In this document: one piece after another, positions 38,621 to 47,914 of the stretch
How the letters are laid out: each line of letters starts with the position of its first letter
Numbering within the stretch: the stretch's first letter is position 1
Assembly: GCA_963666275.2 (NCBI GenBank)
Contig: CAXXOA010000001.1
Location: 768,001-832,000, forward strand
DNA from: Oceanispirochaeta sp.
GTDB taxonomy: Bacteria > Spirochaetota > Spirochaetia > DSM-2461
DNA length: 64,000 nucleotides
Reading direction: 5' to 3'
The notes under the pieces: model-generated
The model's input: only the letters and a program-made list of their open reading frames with translations
Database searches by the model: none
What the model was told of the DNA's origin: nothing
Made by a program: the position numbers and the translations under genes

Positions 38621-39259
38621 ATGCATAAAATACTGATTGTTGACGATCACCCTCTGGTCAGACGGGGGCTCTGCCAGATCCTTCAGGATGCCATCAGTTT
38701 GAGTCGCCTGGATGAGCTTTCCAACGGAAATGACGTCCTGGAGCAGGTGGCCAGGAGAAGCTATGACATGGTGATTCTGGATATATCCCTTCCCGGAAGA
38801 GACGGGCTTGAAGTTCTCAAGGACCTTCATTACTACCATCCCGAACTTCCTGTTCTGATCCTGAGTATCCAGTCCGAGAGCCAGTATGCTCTGAGAGCCC
38901 TGAAACTGGGGGCGTCCGGATGCCTCAACAAAGCCTCTGCCCCGGAAGAGCTGGTGGATGCAGCCAAACAGGTTCTGAAAGGGAGCCGGTATATCTCTCC
39001 CAAGGTCAGCCAGCTCCTGCTGGAGGACTATCAGAATCTTCATTCCGATGAACCCCATAAGCACCTGTCAGAACGGGAATATCAGGTCATGATGATGCTT
39101 GCATCGGGTCTGACCTCCGGAGAAATTTCGGAACAGCTGGGTTTGAGTATAAAAACTGTAAGCACCTATAGAACCCGGCTCCTTCAGAAAATGAGCTTAA
39201 AAAATAATGCCCAGATAACTTATTACGCAGTAAAACATAATCTCATCTCCGGTACATAA
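38621..39259 (+). CDS. NarL/UvrY-type response regulator (REC + LuxR HTH)
   Basis: IVDDHPLVR, LDISLP, LSEREYQV, SIKTVSTYR; start after gggagg. Confidence 0.93.
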   Translation: MHKILIVDDHPLVRRGLCQILQDAISLSRLDELSNGNDVLEQVARRSYDMVILDISLPGRDGLEVLKDLHYYHPELPVLILSIQSESQYALRALKLGASGCLNKASAPEELVDAAKQVLKGSRYISPKVSQLLLEDYQNLHSDEPHKHLSEREYQVMMMLASGLTSGEISEQLGLSIKTVSTYRTRLLQKMSLKNNAQITYYAVKHNLISGT

Positions 39260-39277
39260 ACCCTTCCTGTAAAACCC

Positions 39278-39346
39278 TGTAGGAGGATTCCTACAGGAAG
39301 ATCCACTCCTCTCCTACATCCTGATTTCAGAATCCCCTTTTACAAT
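39278..39346 (+). promoter_or_regulatory. Activator box and promoter of tct operon
   Basis: TGTAGGA-ggat-TCCTACA (39278-39295), extra TCCTAC at 39312, -10 tacaat at 39341. Confidence 0.7.
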
Positions 39347-39400
39347 AGGGCAAGTTTGAACCGGAAACCGGTTTATATAAAAAAATCAAAGGAGATTTTA

Positions 39401-40408
39401 ATGAAAACCAGAAAAATCTTTTCTCTTGTTTTAACTCTTCTCTTTGTCCTTTCAGCAGGCCTGATGGCTGAAGGTCAGAGTGATTCTGCCGGAGGAAATC
39501 CTCCCTATCCCAAAGGCGTTCTTGACTTTGTTGCACCCGGCGGTGCCGGTGGCGGATGGGATCTGACCATCAGAACCACAGCAAAAGTACTGAAAGATTC
39601 GGGACTTGTAAAAGTTCCCATGCCCGTCAGAAACAACCCCGGTGCCGGCGGTTCTGTTCATCTGGCAAGCCTGCAGGAAAAGAAAGGCAGCGACAAGATT
39701 ATAACTGTCTATTCTCCTCCTCTTATCCTTACCAATCTGGCCGGAACAACTGACCTGGGATACAAGGATGTTACACCCCTTGCCCGTCTGATCGCAGACT
39801 ATGCTGTATTTGTTGTCCGTGCGGACTCTCCCTATCAGAGCATGGCGGATCTGATGGACGCCCTTAAATCGGATATAAAGAGTGTCAAAATCGGCGGTAT
39901 CTCTTCAGCCGGTTCCATGGACCACATCCAGTTCCTTATGATGGCAAAAGCCGCGGGTGTTAAAAACCTGAAAGACATCGACTATGTGAGCTTTGATGAT
40001 TCCGGTGCCGCTCAGGTTCTGGGAGGTCATATCGATCTTTTCTCTACAGGACTTTCCGAAGTACAGGCTCTTATCGAGAGCGGTGACCTGAGAGCCCTCG
40101 GTCAGACTGCTGACCACCGTGTAGGCCAGGGCATTGTTGCAGAAATCCCCACCTGTGTTGAACAGGGTATTGATGCCACATTTGTTAACTGGAGAGGACT
40201 CTTCGGGCCTCCCGAAATGCCTGAATATGCTGTTGAATACTGGAGAAATACTCTGGCTGAAATGGTAAAGACTCCCGAATGGGATCAGGCCAAAACAACC
40301 AATGGCTGGGATGATGCCTATATGGATGCCCCCGACTTTGAAACATTCCTGGGACAGGCCAATGAAGACCTGAAAGGGATTCTGACTGAAATCGGAATGT
40401 ACAAATAA
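39401..40408 (+). CDS. tctC: Tripartite tricarboxylate transporter substrate-binding protein
   Basis: APGGAGGGWD, NNPGAGG, GSMDH, NWRG; SD aaggag. Confidence 0.92.
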   Translation: MKTRKIFSLVLTLLFVLSAGLMAEGQSDSAGGNPPYPKGVLDFVAPGGAGGGWDLTIRTTAKVLKDSGLVKVPMPVRNNPGAGGSVHLASLQEKKGSDKIITVYSPPLILTNLAGTTDLGYKDVTPLARLIADYAVFVVRADSPYQSMADLMDALKSDIKSVKIGGISSAGSMDHIQFLMMAKAAGVKNLKDIDYVSFDDSGAAQVLGGHIDLFSTGLSEVQALIESGDLRALGQTADHRVGQGIVAEIPTCVEQGIDATFVNWRGLFGPPEMPEYAVEYWRNTLAEMVKTPEWDQAKTTNGWDDAYMDAPDFETFLGQANEDLKGILTEIGMYK

Positions 40409-40416
40409 TATGTCCT

Positions 40417-40455
40417 GAACTGCCCGTTGATGGGACTCCGGTCCCCGGGCAGTTC
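40417..40455 (+). other. Intercistronic hairpin after tctC
   Basis: gaactgcccg...cgggcagttc. Confidence 0.55.
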
Positions 40456-40475
40456 TTAAGAATATGGAGGAACCT

Positions 40476-40949
40476 GTGAGTTTATCTATCCTTCCTTCCC
40501 TTTTGTTTTTTGCACTGGGAATTATTTACACCACGGCCACGGTCATGCTGCCTGATGCATCTGTGGGACGTCCTTTTGAACCTAAGATCTTTCCCCTTAT
40601 GCTGGGGATCCTTTTGATCATTCTCTCTCTGTCTCTGATGATTAAAGAGATGGCGGCCCTGAAAAACAGGAAAGAAACCAGCCATAAGGAGCCGTTTTAC
40701 AAGGAAGTGGGATTCAGAAATATCCTTTTGACCTGCGGTGTATCCGTACTCTATGCACTTCTTTTTGACAAGCTGGGGTATTTTCTGAGCACAGTCCTGT
40801 TTCTGGAGCTGGAGCTTATACTGTTCAACAGTTTGAAAAACTGGAAAATTAACACGATTGTTTCTGTTGTATTCAGTCTGTTTATCTATATCGTCTTTTC
40901 AAAAGTCCTGGGTGTGTATTTACCAATGACCCCGGGTATCTGGATTTGA
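40476..40949 (+). CDS. tctB: TTT small membrane subunit (GTG 40476 after ggagg; alternative ATG 40464)
   Basis: About 4 TMs, PKIFP, LGY, LGVYLP; lies between tctC and tctA. Confidence 0.85.
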   Translation: MSLSILPSLLFFALGIIYTTATVMLPDASVGRPFEPKIFPLMLGILLIILSLSLMIKEMAALKNRKETSHKEPFYKEVGFRNILLTCGVSVLYALLFDKLGYFLSTVLFLELELILFNSLKNWKINTIVSVVFSLFIYIVFSKVLGVYLPMTPGIWI

Positions 40950-40959
40950 GGTTCTAATT

Positions 40960-42462
40960 ATGGAAACATTATCATTTCTGGCCCAGGGCTTCGGCGTAGC
41001 TCTGGCACCTATAAATATCCTCTGGGTAACCATCGGCGGATTTCTGGGAACCATTATCGGAATGCTCCCCGGTCTGGGACCGGCTACCGGTGTGGCGGTT
41101 CTGCTTCCTCTGACATTTACCATGGGGCCCACAGCGGCTCTGATTACCATGGGCGGCGTCTATTACGGTGCCATGTTCGGCGGTTCCAGAGCCTCGATTC
41201 TTCTGAATACTCCCGGTGACGGTGCGGCGGTGGCGGCGACATTTGACGGCTATCCCATGACTCAGTCCGGGCGGGCCGAATCAGCCCTGGCTATCTCGGC
41301 GATTGCCTCATTCATCGGCGGTATATTTGCCACCATATGTATGGTTGCCGTGGCTGTTCCTGTGGCCCGGTTTGCTCTGAAGTTCGGACCGGCCGAATAC
41401 TTCATGCTCTTTCTGTTCGCTCTTTCCGCCACAGCCTCCATGACTGAGGGTAACAGGCTCAGAGGATTTATCGCCACCATCATAGGACTGATGATCGCCA
41501 CCATCGGTATCGATGGTCAGTCGGGGGTTATCCGCTTTACCATGGGGATCCTGGAACTTCAGAGCGGCATCGATTTTCTGATCGTGATCATTGCTGTTTT
41601 CGCTCTGGGAGAAGTTTTTAAAAGTTTTAAAAACATCCATACGGGAAAAGTCAAAGTCCAGGGTAAATTCGGTAAAATCTGGATTTCCCGGCAGGAGTGG
41701 AAACGCTCCGTATGGCCTATCCTGCGCAGTGCTCCCCTGGGATTTTTTGTAGGAGCTCTGCCCGGTGCGGGCGGTACCATGGCTTCTCTGATGTCCTACA
41801 ACAACGAAAAACAGCTTTCCAAACACCCTGAAGAGTTCGGGGAAGGGGCTATCGAAGGACTGGCCGCACCGGAATCTGCCAATAATGCGGCATCTGTCGG
41901 AGCCATGATTCCCATGCTGACCCTGGGAATTCCCGGATCCGGTACTACGGCGGTTATGATGGGAGCTCTTCTCCTTCTGGGACTGCAGCCTGGCCCCATG
42001 CTTTTTCAGCAGCAGCCTCTCATAGTGTGGGGACTCATTGCCAGTATGTTTGTGGGCAACATCATTCTGGCGGTTATGAATATCCCTCTGGCGGGGCTTC
42101 TTGTCAGGATCCTGTCAGTCCCCCCTAAAATCCTGTATCCGATTATTCTGGGTCTCTCTTTTGTGGGTGCCTATGCCATCAGCTACAGTGTTATGGATTT
42201 CTATATTCTGATTATCTTCGGACTGATGGGGTATTTCTTTAACAAGGTGAATATCCCCACGTCGCCGTTGATCCTGGCTGTTATCGTGGGTAATAACATG
42301 GAGCAGTCTTTCCGCCGGGCCTATAAGATTTCCGATGGAGATCTGGGAATATTCCTGGGTTCTCCCATAAGCATCATCCTGTTTATCCTGACGATTGTTT
42401 CGATTGTCTATCCTCTGGTCAGAGGTTGGCTCAAACGATCCAAAGCCGCTGCCCGGGCATAA
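40960..42462 (+). CDS. tctA: TTT large membrane subunit
   Basis: GMLPGLG, YYGAMFGG, NTPG, APESANNA, LGIPG. Confidence 0.95.
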   Translation: METLSFLAQGFGVALAPINILWVTIGGFLGTIIGMLPGLGPATGVAVLLPLTFTMGPTAALITMGGVYYGAMFGGSRASILLNTPGDGAAVAATFDGYPMTQSGRAESALAISAIASFIGGIFATICMVAVAVPVARFALKFGPAEYFMLFLFALSATASMTEGNRLRGFIATIIGLMIATIGIDGQSGVIRFTMGILELQSGIDFLIVIIAVFALGEVFKSFKNIHTGKVKVQGKFGKIWISRQEWKRSVWPILRSAPLGFFVGALPGAGGTMASLMSYNNEKQLSKHPEEFGEGAIEGLAAPESANNAASVGAMIPMLTLGIPGSGTTAVMMGALLLLGLQPGPMLFQQQPLIVWGLIASMFVGNIILAVMNIPLAGLLVRILSVPPKILYPIILGLSFVGAYAISYSVMDFYILIIFGLMGYFFNKVNIPTSPLILAVIVGNNMEQSFRRAYKISDGDLGIFLGSPISIILFILTIVSIVYPLVRGWLKRSKAAARA

Positions 42463-42478
42463 TCTGAGGCTTACCGAT

Positions 42479-42511
42479 GCCGGTTCCCATAGGGGGAACC
42501 GGCTTTTTTTT
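42479..42511 (+). terminator. Intrinsic terminator
   Basis: gccggttccc..gggaaccggc followed by T8. Confidence 0.9.
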
Positions 42512-42577
42512 CACAAAAAAATCATGGAATCAGAAAAATAACTTGCCGGGTCAAGTATATTTCCATAATATGGAACA

Positions 42578-44185
42578 ATGACAAAATTAACTATGGATAA
42601 AAACTCCAGTATCCAGCTGGAAATCGAGATAAAAACACCTATTCTGCTTCTGGTCCTGAAAGTCATTTTCGGACTAAGTATCCTTATCATGATACAGGAT
42701 TTAATTGCCGGATCCGGGGTGAACACACTCCTTATACATCTTGTATTTCCTCTTATCTGTATCGTCTCTCTTATCTTTCTCAAAAAAGGGTATTATACCC
42801 GGGTCAGTAATGTGTTTTTCTTCATATCCGTTATATCCCTGATGCTACTGCGCTACCGCACGGGGTACGAAGGGCCTCAGACCATACCGCTTTATGCCGT
42901 GATTATAGGGTCCTTTACTGTCTTTTCCGCTGTTTTCGTCACCCCTCTGATGGTACGGATTCTACTGGGCCTGTACGGGCTTTCCTATGCGGGAATCATT
43001 GTTATAGCCATACTGACAGTCAGAAGGGCGGGGCTCGACGAAAATGTTCTGCTTCAGATTATGTATCCCACCATTGCGGTTCTGGCCATTGCTTTCGGTC
43101 TTATCTTTATCAGGCAGGTTTTTGACAGAATTCTGGATCAGGTGAGAGCCTCCCTGGAAGAGGTCAGAAAGGCAGGAGATAAGAACAGGAATCTCATGCT
43201 CGAATCGGCAGCCCAGCTGAATAAAGCGGATGACCTCCTTCAGAACTCTCAGGAAACCGCTTCCGCGGGAACCCAGATAGATAAAAATCTGCATCAGATC
43301 TCTGAAAGCCTTTCCGGTCAGAATCAGAGATTTGCCCATGCGGGAGAACAGCTGGAAAAGGTTCATCAGGGAATTAATCGATTGACCGAACTGTCCAGAA
43401 ATCAGGCCTCCCATATAGAGGAGTCCGGATCTGCCATAGAAGAGATGACCGCATCCATTACAAACATGACCGGTATCATACGGGATAAAATGGTGACTAT
43501 CTCTAATCTGATTGAGAAATCCCGGGAAGGGGATCTGGTGGTCAACAGAGCCAGTGAGGCCTTCGGAAAAGTCAGCGTCAGCCTGGGAACTATCACAGAT
43601 ATGACCTCCATGATCTCCAAGATAGCCGCTCAGACAAATCTGCTGGCCATGAATGCCGCTATAGAAGCGGCTCATGCGGGAGATGCGGGTCGGGGATTTT
43701 CCGTGGTCGCCTCTGAAATCAGAACATTGGCGGAATCCAGTTCCACCAGTGCCAAGGAAATCGGCAATACCACCAAGGACCTTGTTGAATCCATACACGG
43801 CGCGGAAAAGGAGATAGAATCCACCCGCCACTCCTTTCATGATATTCACAGGGAAATTGAGGGGCTCAGCAATGCCATTTCCGAAATCGAGCAGAGTGCC
43901 GTGGAACTCAGCAGCGGCAGTGCGGATATTCTGAATATGACAAGCCAGCTCACAGGCATTACGTCGGATATGAACAGTCATCTGGACGGAGTCCTTTCAA
44001 ATCACAGAACGATAGTCAATGATATGGGCGAAGTTATGGGCCTTTCTGATGAACTGAACCAGGGTATGACCGAGGTGGCTTCGGGCATGACCATGGTGAG
44101 AGATGCCATCCTGAAAATCCATGCCCTTTCCAGTGAATTAAAAGAGCAGGGAAAGGTCATTAAAAAAGCCTTTCAGGATGAATAA
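42578..44185 (+). CDS. Methyl-accepting chemotaxis protein with multi-TM N-terminus
   Basis: [30 protein letters not shown]. Confidence 0.92.
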   Translation: MTKLTMDKNSSIQLEIEIKTPILLLVLKVIFGLSILIMIQDLIAGSGVNTLLIHLVFPLICIVSLIFLKKGYYTRVSNVFFFISVISLMLLRYRTGYEGPQTIPLYAVIIGSFTVFSAVFVTPLMVRILLGLYGLSYAGIIVIAILTVRRAGLDENVLLQIMYPTIAVLAIAFGLIFIRQVFDRILDQVRASLEEVRKAGDKNRNLMLESAAQLNKADDLLQNSQETASAGTQIDKNLHQISESLSGQNQRFAHAGEQLEKVHQGINRLTELSRNQASHIEESGSAIEEMTASITNMTGIIRDKMVTISNLIEKSREGDLVVNRASEAFGKVSVSLGTITDMTSMISKIAAQTNLLAMNAAIEAAHAGDAGRGFSVVASEIRTLAESSSTSAKEIGNTTKDLVESIHGAEKEIESTRHSFHDIHREIEGLSNAISEIEQSAVELSSGSADILNMTSQLTGITSDMNSHLDGVLSNHRTIVNDMGEVMGLSDELNQGMTEVASGMTMVRDAILKIHALSSELKEQGKVIKKAFQDE

Positions 44186-44670
44186 TGGCTGAACAGTGCT
44201 TTCACCACAGCTTGGAATCTCCCATAGGAGAACTTATTCTCTGTCAGGAAGAGGGGTTCATCACAAGGCTGATCCTTCCGGGGGAGGATTTCGTACACGG
44301 GGGGACGGAATCATCCACTGGGCTCCTTGAGAACGCGGCCTGTCAGATCCGGGAGTATTTCAGAGGAGAGCGGAAAGAGTTCGATCTACCCCTGAAGCCC
44401 GAAGGTACAGACTTTATGAAGCAGGTCTGGGCGCAGCTTCTTCTTATACCCTATGGAAAGACCGCCTCTTATGGTTCTGTGGCTGCCTCTCTGGGCAGGC
44501 CCGGAGCCTCAAGGGCTGTGGGAATGGCCAATAACCGTAATCCTCTTCCTGTTCTCATTCCCTGTCACAGGGTTATCAGCTCCCGGGGAACTCTTACCGG
44601 CTATAGAGGCGGGCTGAAAATGAAAGAGTTTCTCCTGAATCTGGAAAAGAGTCAAACCGGATCCTGTTAA
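44185..44670 (+). CDS. ogt: Methylated-DNA-protein-cysteine methyltransferase
   Basis: IPYG, RAVG, IPCHRV. Confidence 0.93.
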   Translation: MAEQCFHHSLESPIGELILCQEEGFITRLILPGEDFVHGGTESSTGLLENAACQIREYFRGERKEFDLPLKPEGTDFMKQVWAQLLLIPYGKTASYGSVAASLGRPGASRAVGMANNRNPLPVLIPCHRVISSRGTLTGYRGGLKMKEFLLNLEKSQTGSC

Positions 44671-44734
44671 TTCATATTATTGTTGTTACAGCTATCCTTT
44701 ATCCTTATATTAAATAGTATTAAGGAGTACTTTC

Positions 44735-45544
44735 ATGGATACCAGTTCTATTCTTTTTGCCCTGGGGCTGACTGTTTTCGCCGGACTCTCTACTGGAATC
44801 GGAAGCATCATGTCTTTCTTTTCAAAAGAATTCAATCCGAAATTTCTGGCAGGAACCCTGGGTTTCTCTGCGGGTGTTATGATTTATGTCTCGTTTGTGG
44901 AAATCTTCCTTAAAGCCCGTGATGCACTGGACAGCTTCTACGGTCCCAAACAGGGATATATTGTGACAACCCTGGCCTTTTTCGCTGGGATAGCTCTCAT
45001 AGCCATTATAGATAAGCTCATTCCCAATTATGAGAATCCCCATGAAATCGGAAACATTACATCAGAACAGCCCGGGGAAAAAGATGTGGATCCCCGGCTG
45101 ATGAGGATGGGGGTTTTTTCGGCCCTGGCAATTGGAATCCATAACTTCCCCGAAGGGCTTGCCACTTTTATGGGCGCTCTGACAGATCCCACTCTGGGTG
45201 TCAGCATTGCTGTAGCCATAGCCATTCATAATATACCTGAGGGTATTGCAGTTTCCGCTCCTATTTTCTATGCCACCAAAAGTAAGAAAAAAGCCTTCTG
45301 GCTCTCTTTTCTATCCGGATTATCAGAACCTGTAGGAGCCCTTATCGGATTTTTTATCTTCCGGGCTGTGTTCAATGATGCCACTTTCGGCCTTATTTTT
45401 GCCGCAGTCGCAGGAATTATGGTCTATATCTCTCTGGATGAACTGCTGCCCACAGCGGAAGAGTATGGGGAGCACCATATTGCCATCAGCGGGCTGATCG
45501 CGGGTATGGCTGTCATGGCATTGAGTCTTCTGCTGTTTGCCTGA
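44735..45544 (+). CDS. zupT: ZIP family zinc transporter
   Basis: [20 protein letters not shown]. Confidence 0.93.
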   Translation: MDTSSILFALGLTVFAGLSTGIGSIMSFFSKEFNPKFLAGTLGFSAGVMIYVSFVEIFLKARDALDSFYGPKQGYIVTTLAFFAGIALIAIIDKLIPNYENPHEIGNITSEQPGEKDVDPRLMRMGVFSALAIGIHNFPEGLATFMGALTDPTLGVSIAVAIAIHNIPEGIAVSAPIFYATKSKKKAFWLSFLSGLSEPVGALIGFFIFRAVFNDATFGLIFAAVAGIMVYISLDELLPTAEEYGEHHIAISGLIAGMAVMALSLLLFA

Positions 45545-45550
45545 TTCTTC

Positions 45551-46408
45551 CTATTCTTGCCGTAATCTGGATGCGAGAATAATCTGCTGCCACTCCTGCT
45601 GATTCTCCGGGGTAAACTTCAGGAGAAACCCGCCCTGGTGACAGAATCTGGTCTCTTTCGGAGCTGACAGGGTGAAATCCAGAAGATCATGTCCCCTGTT
45701 TGTTCTGAAGAGAACCCGGTTTTCCTCGCTTTCATCATCAAAGGAAAGGATCGCATGAATCTCATTCTCATCGACGATTTTCCCGTCAACAGCTCTTATC
45801 GGAGAAGCCAGTTCCCGGGGGGGACGGGTGTGGTAAACCAGAACGTTGATCCCCTGGAGCTGGAAAATTTCCGTGTGATGTTCAGTCTGAAGCCAGAGTT
45901 CCGCTTCTTTTTTAGCCCTTTCGAAGCGGATTCTGTCTTCCAGACCCGCCCGGAAAAGTTCAAGAATTTTCAGAGGTTCCGATTCAAAACTTTTCAGTAG
46001 AAGTTTCTGGCTGAAGGACCAGTAGGACTGGGATTCTCCCACTACGTCATAATCGTCCAGAACGCGGATTCCTCCGGTGTCCACCCGGGAAATCAAGCGG
46101 ATATACTCTGCCAGTTCGCTCTCCTGAAGGTGGGGGAAGAAGGCTTCGAATACAAGAAGGGCGGCAGATCCCAGATCCCTGTCCTGATGGTGATCAAAGA
46201 GCCTCTGATCCGGTGAATACTTCATACCGCAGTCCAGAAACCAGTCAGTATCGGAATACTCTCCCTTTTCGACCATCACGGCTGCATCCCTGGAGGGGAT
46301 CCTTGCAATTTCGATCGGATTCTCATTCAGATGGATAGACAGCAGCGCTGAAGCGAGAAGCTCATCCATATGCGCTTTTCTGTCATGTGTTATTATTCTA
46401 AATCCCAT
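45551..46408 (-). CDS. MYG1-like DHH-superfamily hydrolase/exonuclease
   Basis: THDRKAHMDE, DCG..Y....FDHHQ, VDTG, FCHQGGF. Confidence 0.7.
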   Translation of the reverse strand: MGFRIITHDRKAHMDELLASALLSIHLNENPIEIARIPSRDAAVMVEKGEYSDTDWFLDCGMKYSPDQRLFDHHQDRDLGSAALLVFEAFFPHLQESELAEYIRLISRVDTGGIRVLDDYDVVGESQSYWSFSQKLLLKSFESEPLKILELFRAGLEDRIRFERAKKEAELWLQTEHHTEIFQLQGINVLVYHTRPPRELASPIRAVDGKIVDENEIHAILSFDDESEENRVLFRTNRGHDLLDFTLSAPKETRFCHQGGFLLKFTPENQQEWQQIILASRLRQE

Positions 46409-47859
46409 GATTTCCCCTTTTCTAATTCCTGAAGCAGTGCTTCATGGAGCCTGACCATCCCAAGGGTATCCTGTTTACAGTAATTTAGTAAATCCTCCCT
46501 CAGCCGGGGGAACTTCTCCCGGGGGATCATACCTCTGGCCATTTCGGCAAAAACAGTGAGAGCCGCCGAACCGTTCTGAATCGAAAGATTTTCATAGCTC
46601 ATATGAGGGACAAGGGACGGAAGTGTCTTTTTGATGGAACTTCTCCCTTTAAACCCGGGATGATAGATACCGTGTTTTATAATTTTTTCAAGATCCACCA
46701 GACGGGGAAGGAGCTTCTGGAGCTCCTCCGTTAAATCCGGATAGAGGCCCATCAGATTTTTTATCATGCGCATTTCGAATCCTGAATAAACCAGTATGCT
46801 TCCGTCTCCTTCCAGGTCCTTAATCAGGTTTTCGGCCAGTTCCCTCCGGCAGTCTCTTTCGGGGGCCGCCAGATACTCTTTATGACTGATGATGCAGCCC
46901 GGAGCCGGGCAGATATGTATAGAGTATTGTGTCAGGATCTGCTCATAGGGGCCGGTCCCGGGATAGAGGGGCAGGGCGCTCATGGTTGTTTCAAAGTCCA
47001 GGTAGAAACCCGGCCAGATAATCTTTTCCAGTTCTCTTTTCAGAGTTGAGGAGATTGTTGTTTCCCCTGTTTCCAGACTTATTTTCATAAGGCTCTGCTG
47101 GGCATTCAGCTTCACTGTTGAAGGAATCAGGGTTATCCTGTCTATCCCTTTTGCAAGCAGGGCTTCATAGACCTTTCGCGGCAGAAAAGGAAGGCTGATC
47201 AGATGGGCACTCAGGTCAAAATCAAAACAGTTTTTAAAACCGGGACAGTTCTTGCAATTCCGGGAAAAAGGAATCCGGGGTTTTTCCGGCTGCTCCATAT
47301 CTGAAATCAGGCTCTCCCGGAGCCCTGTAAAACCGGTTGTCAGATCTCTGACGTCTCCTGTAAGATCTTCCTTCATAAACAGTTCTCCAGCTTCCCCTCC
47401 ATAGGAAAAGTCTCTGTTCAGATAGAGAAGTTCCATTTTTGACAAGGGAAGGCCTGAAGATTCTATAACCATGGAAGTATAGGCTGTATCCAGTTTGAAG
47501 CGCGCTTTGATTCTGACCGCCGCTTTCACTTCGATCAGTTCCCAGGTCGTGCCGTTTTTTATGAGAATATCCGCTCTGGTAGAAAAGGGCCCCCACTGGA
47601 AAGCCGGTTCAAAAAGGACTGTCCCGTCAGGGCTGTTCAGAAGCTCGGATGTTTCTTTCAGAGCTTCCTTCATACTCTTCTGAGAAACCAGAATCCCCTG
47701 TGGATAGCATGCTCTGGCAAGAGCTCCGATCTCCTCTCCCTGATGCCGTTTGAATTGATCCGAGGAATCGGATGGTGCAGGGAGTAAGCCTCTGGAATCC
47801 TGCCAGGCAAAAGCCCGGCAGAACAGGGCATCCAGAAAAAGCTGCTTGGTTATATTCAT
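46393..47859 (-). CDS. DUF2779-type protein: Cas4-like PD-(D/E)XK domain plus DEDD/RNase H-like domain
   Basis: FE..RADIL..IEVK, N-terminal Cys plus CKNCPGFKNC; LDFET, VDL, SIKK, YCKQDT. Confidence 0.75.
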   Translation of the reverse strand: MNITKQLFLDALFCRAFAWQDSRGLLPAPSDSSDQFKRHQGEEIGALARACYPQGILVSQKSMKEALKETSELLNSPDGTVLFEPAFQWGPFSTRADILIKNGTTWELIEVKAAVRIKARFKLDTAYTSMVIESSGLPLSKMELLYLNRDFSYGGEAGELFMKEDLTGDVRDLTTGFTGLRESLISDMEQPEKPRIPFSRNCKNCPGFKNCFDFDLSAHLISLPFLPRKVYEALLAKGIDRITLIPSTVKLNAQQSLMKISLETGETTISSTLKRELEKIIWPGFYLDFETTMSALPLYPGTGPYEQILTQYSIHICPAPGCIISHKEYLAAPERDCRRELAENLIKDLEGDGSILVYSGFEMRMIKNLMGLYPDLTEELQKLLPRLVDLEKIIKHGIYHPGFKGRSSIKKTLPSLVPHMSYENLSIQNGSAALTVFAEMARGMIPREKFPRLREDLLNYCKQDTLGMVRLHEALLQELEKGKSWDLE

Positions 47860-47914
47860 AGTTAAGCAGTTTATCAGTTCCCTGAAGTTCGATCACCCCG
47901 GAAAAGCCTATTCT

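Noticed and set aside
46393..47859. cas4 of a CRISPR system
   Set aside because: The Cas4-like motifs are fused to an exonuclease-like domain, and there is no cas1, cas2 or array.
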